The notes beneath the pieces were generated by a model. The model did not search any database and was not told the origin of the DNA. It saw nothing but the letters and a program-made list of their open reading frames with translations. The translations under genes were made by a program, and so were the position numbers. Shown piece by piece: positions 62,306 through 64,000 of a stretch of 64,000 nt of DNA (position 1 is the stretch's first letter; every line of letters begins with the position of its first letter). The stretch covers positions 1,174 through 65,173 of the forward strand of contig CAZKXZ010000023.1 of assembly GCA_964556695.1 (NCBI GenBank). Direction: 5' to 3'. The stretch is from an uncultured Gemmatimonadales bacterium (lineage in GTDB: Bacteria; Gemmatimonadota; Gemmatimonadetes; Gemmatimonadales; Gemmatimonadaceae).

Positions 62306-62688
62306 TGTCTTGGGGGAAGGGGATGATCGAGGGGGTTGGGCAGATTGCTGTCAATGTGCATGACGTTGAACGAGCCACGGCGTTTTATCGCGATACGCTT
62401 GGGCTGCGGCTGTTGTTTGAGACTGGTGGAATGTCGTTCTTCGATTGCGGTGGGGTGAGGCTCATGCTCAGCAAACCTGAGCGCGGTGAGTTCGATCATC
62501 CGGGGTCGATTCTCTACTATAAGGTGCAGGATATTCAGGCTGTTTATGCTGATTTGAAGGGGAAGGGCACGAAGTTCGAGCAGGAACCGCATCTGCTCGC
62601 AAAGATGCCGGACCATGATCTTTGGATGGCTTTTTTTCGGGACACGGAGGGGAATTTTCTCGCCCTCATGAGTGAGGTTCGGTCTTAG
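62305..62688 (+). CDS. VOC (glyoxalase/bleomycin-resistance/dioxygenase) family protein
   Basis: GVGQIAVNVHDVERATAFYRDTLGL, GGVRLML and FFRDTEGNFLALM. Alternative start ATG 62323. Confidence 0.8.
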   Translation: MSWGKGMIEGVGQIAVNVHDVERATAFYRDTLGLRLLFETGGMSFFDCGGVRLMLSKPERGEFDHPGSILYYKVQDIQAVYADLKGKGTKFEQEPHLLAKMPDHDLWMAFFRDTEGNFLALMSEVRS

Positions 62689-62724
62689 CGTTTGCAGCAG
62701 TCAAAACTCCGAGAGGTAGCGCTT

Positions 62725-63516
62725 ATGTTCAGAAGTTCTTTGTTCGCTCTGTTTGTTTTGGCTTCGGCCGCGGGTGCGCAGACAGGAACGGGTGCGAAGG
62801 CACCGATCTCTGTTCCTGCTATCAAGGGTTCGCTGGTGATCGTTGGTGGTGGCGGCACGCCCGATACCGTCTGGAAGCGCTTCATGCAACTCGCTGGTGG
62901 TGACACCGCGCGGATTGTTCAGATTCAGACCGCTGACGCGAACGCCGCCACCACGGACACCGCAAATGTTTTGAGAGCGTGGCATGCGCGCAATCCGAAA
63001 TCCGCACTGATATTCCACACGACGAACAAGGACTCCGCCAACAATCCTGCATATGTGAAGTCGCTTCATGAGGCGACCGGAGTCTGGTTCGTCGGCGGCG
63101 TGCAGTCGCGCATCACCGACGCTTACCTGGGCACGCTGGTTGAGAAGGAATTGAACGCACTGCTCGAACGTGGCGGCGTGATAGGTGGCACGTCGGCGGG
63201 CGCGGCGATAATGACCAAGGTGATGATCTCGGGAGGTACTCCTCCGGCAGTCAACCTCTCGACAGGCTTCGGGTTCCTGCCCGGTGCGATTGCTGACCAG
63301 CATTTCATAGCACGCAGCAGGCAGCCACGACTCGTTAATGCACTGCGTCAGAATCCCGGTCTCGTCGGATTCGGTATTGATGAGAGGACAGCGCTCATCA
63401 TTCACTCCGGAAACAAACTCGAAGTGCTGGGTGAATCGCTGGTGCTGGCGATCCGCATTCCGTCGGCGGGCGCGGAAGCGGTTGTCGATACCTTGAGGCC
63501 GCCCGTCAAAAAGTAG
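62725..63516 (+). CDS. Cyanophycinase-like peptidase (S51 family), secreted
   Basis: Signal MFRSSLFALFVLASAAGAQ. LVIVGGGG, WFVGGVQSR, GGTSAGAAIM (Ser nucleophile context) and DQHF. Confidence 0.8.
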   Translation: MFRSSLFALFVLASAAGAQTGTGAKAPISVPAIKGSLVIVGGGGTPDTVWKRFMQLAGGDTARIVQIQTADANAATTDTANVLRAWHARNPKSALIFHTTNKDSANNPAYVKSLHEATGVWFVGGVQSRITDAYLGTLVEKELNALLERGGVIGGTSAGAAIMTKVMISGGTPPAVNLSTGFGFLPGAIADQHFIARSRQPRLVNALRQNPGLVGFGIDERTALIIHSGNKLEVLGESLVLAIRIPSAGAEAVVDTLRPPVKK

Positions 63517-63528
63517 TTCGTGGTGCCA

Positions 63529-64000
63529 ATGACGAAACGTGGCAGCGCGCGCCGAATGGCACGACGGGCGCGAAGGGAATCGAAGTCCCCATGGAAGACT
63601 CCTGCGCTGATCGTGATCACCGTCGGCGCTGCGATCGCTCTGTTTCTCCTGACGCGACCCGACGGCGCAGATGATGCAAAGCCCTGGCCGCCCGCGACCG
63701 GCCTCGCCACAACCGACTTCACTCGTGTCGGCTCGCCGTCATGGACTCCAGATGGAAACAGGATCCTCTTCTACGCGCAGCGCGCCGGGAAAGGAAAGAT
63801 CCACATCATGAACGCGGATGGATCGGGTGTGCGACTGCTTTCCGGCGGTGCCGGCGACGAGGGCTATCCGGTGATGGCGCCTCACGCGAGCACTATCGTC
63901 TTCGATTCGGATGCCAGCGGCCAATTCGACATCTGGGCGATGGACTCGAGCGGCGCGAATGCGCGCAACATCACGAATAACCCTGCGCGCGATGTCGCTG
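63529..64000 (+). CDS. TolB/PD40 beta-propeller repeat protein, N-terminal part (runs off the window)
   Basis: ATG 63529. Basic N-terminus plus TM (ALIVITVGAAIALFLL). SWTPDGNRILFYA and FDIWAMDSSGANARNITN are PD40 repeats. No stop before the window end, so it is absent from the ORF track. Confidence 0.75.
   Translation, partial: MTKRGSARRMARRARRESKSPWKTPALIVITVGAAIALFLLTRPDGADDAKPWPPATGLATTDFTRVGSPSWTPDGNRILFYAQRAGKGKIHIMNADGSGVRLLSGGAGDEGYPVMAPHASTIVFDSDASGQFDIWAMDSSGANARNITNNPARDVA

Noticed and set aside
1-64000. Scan of the intergenic regions for tRNA, rRNA, tmRNA, transposase, integrase and reverse transcriptase genes.
   Set aside because: None was recognised by eye. tRNAscan, Infernal and HMM searches would be needed to exclude small RNAs.

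Overview
GC-rich bacterial chromosomal segment (composition judged by eye, not computed). I saw no rRNA, tRNA, CRISPR array, transposase or integrase. I call about 55 protein-coding genes, most of them cell-envelope, periplasmic or secreted. These include a membrane Ser/Thr kinase with PD40 repeats, two TonB-dependent-type outer-membrane barrels (one behind a cobalamin riboswitch) and an Omp85-type barrel paired with a metallophosphoesterase. There are also S9, M28, M19 and S51 peptidases, a GH29 fucosidase, a PQQ/haem-c dehydrogenase, a dienelactone hydrolase, an OmpA-like protein and an EAL phosphodiesterase. Nucleic-acid genes are scattered through the window: RtcB, an NYN nuclease, a DUF2779 nuclease-like protein, a stand-alone 5'-3' exonuclease, a thermonuclease and AlaX. 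Three small toxin-antitoxin-type loci are present (MNT/HEPN, BrnT/BrnA, an orphan VapB). The gene content resembles Gemmatimonadota- or Acidobacteriota-like soil bacteria, but that is inference only. Main observations: (1) five secreted 6-bladed beta-propeller paralogs dispersed across the window; (2) a signal-less protein with peptidoglycan-binding-like and NlpC/P60-like motifs, coupled by an ATGA overlap to one propeller paralog, at the head of a seven-gene co-directional cluster with four ATGA overlaps; (3) a roughly 370-bp imperfect palindrome flanked by an 11-bp direct repeat in a divergent intergenic region; (4) a REP-like palindromic repeat family at six intergenic loci; (5) several short-period (7-9 nt) degenerate tandem arrays, one with 9 GATC sites in 95 bp and one forming a 107-nt near-perfect hairpin; (6) RGG/Gly-rich insertions in an S9 peptidase; (7) an LTXXQ-containing tail on a 1221-aa outer-membrane protein. 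All family assignments come from motif recognition by eye. No BLAST, HMM or covariance-model searches were possible.
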